A stretch of DNA of 64,000 bases from Daphnia carinata (taxonomy: Eukaryota), in the NCBI RefSeq assembly GCF_022539665.2, contig NC_081334.1, positions 2,232,001-2,296,000 on the forward strand. The letters are read 5' to 3'. The number at the start of each line of letters is the position of its first letter. Position 1 is the first letter of the stretch. The notes under the pieces were generated by a model. It had not been told where the DNA came from. It searched no databases and was given only the letters and a program-made list of their open reading frames with translations. This document shows, one piece after another, positions 61,901-64,000 of the stretch. Both the position numbers and the translations under genes were made by a program.

Positions 61901-64000
61901 CTACGTCCTGATTAGATGAAATCAACAACTCAATGTTGAGTCATGCACGACCCAGTATGGATACATCGAGGATGAGGCTCATCCAGCTTGTTATCAGCAA
62001 CACGTAAAAAGAATACGATGCACAATAACGTAACAACAAACGAGCTCTTTCGCCAAAATTAAGGCCTTCGGGGTACAGCGAAATACATATAGGTCGTATT
62101 TTATATAAACACAACTGATGGAAAGTCGACGGGGGGAACTAACAAATCGGCCTCGGCGACACAGAGAAGCTTTAACGAGCAGCTACACACAAAGGCGTAG
62201 AAGGACGTCGAGTGTTATGTAAATATATTTCGGTTACTCTATACACGCGTGCATTATGCGTGACAAAGGGAGACGAAGGCCAATCACTCGTGTACGGGTG
62301 TACAGAGCAACGTGATTACCGTTTTCGATTACGTGTATAGTGTCGTTTCGTGTAAGACTAATTACACGTGCACAATAGATGTGCAGGTCTACATTGATCG
62401 AACCCGCTCGACAGTTGGACCAGGAACCAGGCAGGCAATGCACTCATTCTCTTGTTGTTCCCTTTTATTTTTCGTCGCACACATTTTTTCCCGTCTTCTT
62501 TGATTCTTTTTTAAAAATCTGTTTTCTGCTGTAACAACATTTGGTGTGGTCTTTTTCTTTTTTTTTTTTTTTTTTTTTTTTTTTTGTAAACGAAATTGGC
62601 CTTTATTTACGCGTACCCGTTAAGGTTTCATCGTGGAGTGTTACTTCATCTTGGATGTGTCAAGCGCACGCAATTGTCAAACATTGATCTGGCTGGTCTT
62701 TTTTTTTATTTTCCTCGCGAGGACTTGGAATCGTCGTAAACGCACAAGAAAAATGAGAAAATGTGGTCAGAAAAAAACAAAATTGCACGTATTTATACAC
62801 GTTAATCACGGCGAAGCTGTGTAAATTAAACTGGGTGTTACGTAAAAGCTATATTGGCACGAAAGTCTTTTATTTTTTACGTATTTACTACGATTTACAA
62901 ACAAAAAAAGCTTTTGGGAATGTTGCAATTGAAATGCGGAAAAGTTGAATCATAAAACATTTTTTAAAAAAAAATGCGCTAATCCAAAGCACATCCAGAG
63001 CAAGCAGTTGAGAGACTGTGTATTTCTGTTTTGATATCGCCCACTTTCCGCTGTTCTTTTTTTTTTTTATGTTAGTTTTTTTTTCCTACCATGTGCTATA
63101 TGGCTTGGCTTTCAGTCACGTAGCCACTTGGAAAAATAAGAGTCCTAAACGTAAATAGCATTTACATCTGGCATTGGCAGTTATTTTTCTGCAACGATTT
63201 TTAGCTTTTGCTAAGCCGTATTCATCTTGTATACACTGCTCCTCCTTTTCTTTTTCTTTTTTTCTAGAGAAAAACATCAAAATTCAAATGTCATAAACAC
63301 AAGAACTGGGGCCATCAGCCCAAAGATATACGTAACAAATAAAAAAAAAGAAAGAGGGTAAAAACAGTTACTGCGAAAGTCAATGGTGATGGAAGAGCAA
63401 AGACCAATAAAAAAAACGAGAATAAGAGCACCATCGTATAGGGCCGTGCTGACAAACGTCAATATTGATACAACGCATCAAGTTCTTGATCTTTCAGGTT
63501 GAATGTTAGCTCACAACCCTTTTTTTTTTTATTATTGTTTTCTTTCTTTTTTTGTTAGTGGTAGTTCAATCCAGCACGTTATAGCGGGACCAGAAGAGTT
63601 CAAACAACGCAGAAAATGGGATCAGACAAGACACACAGAACATCTTTAAAAAAAAAAAAAAAATGCTCCGCACACATGCACAACGAAAAACTCGCACATG
63701 TTTTTAGTTCGACGGAATTCCGTGGAATACAGATTTAAATTAAATATCGAGTTTGATTCGATAGTGCGTGTAAAAGCGCCGTGGGGATGGAGGTAGCACG
63801 ACAGGTGACATAAAAAATAGGAGGCCATTGTAATTTGGTTTATGTATGCAGCGTTGGTTGTTATATAAGCGTTTTGCAATGGCAGACATGATGACATTTG
63901 TTCTCCACTGTAGATGCCTATAAGCCTATAGGCCGCTGTACTTCTTTCTAAACGCAATTTTTAGCAGTGAAAAATAAAAAACATACACGAGCATTCTATC

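Noticed and set aside
63277..63462. Hydrophobic ORF as the TM1 exon of the GPCR
   Set aside because: Lacks the TM1 GN motif and a donor giving the expected phase-2 junction; hydrophobicity is explained by T-rich sequence.

Overview
Eukaryotic genomic DNA with compact genes, ~55-100 nt GT-AG introns and microsatellite/homopolymer-rich large introns. This pattern suggests a branchiopod crustacean such as Daphnia (inference only). Gene order: 3' end of FOXRED1 (+), TTC26/IFT56 (-), RPL38 (+), TMCO1 (-), a ~27 kb OXR1/NCOA7/mustard gene (+; LysM...TLDc, several alternative first exons and cassette exons), a possible unannotated micro-exon gene, FBXW7/archipelago (+), a ~13 kb composite repeat block (42.7-56.1 kb), and a class A neuropeptide-type GPCR (-) whose TM1 exon I could not find. 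The most striking signal is that FBXW7 begins with two exons encoding a ComEA/EEPD1-type tandem helix-hairpin-helix DNA-binding domain, spliced in frame to the F-box/WD40 region. The repeat block is also unusual: palindromic junctions repeated 9 kb apart, diverged long inverted repeats, arrays of CTCF/YY1-like motifs, and tRNA-like Pol III promoters. All exon structures were derived by eye from splice signals and reading-frame continuity; no database searches were run.
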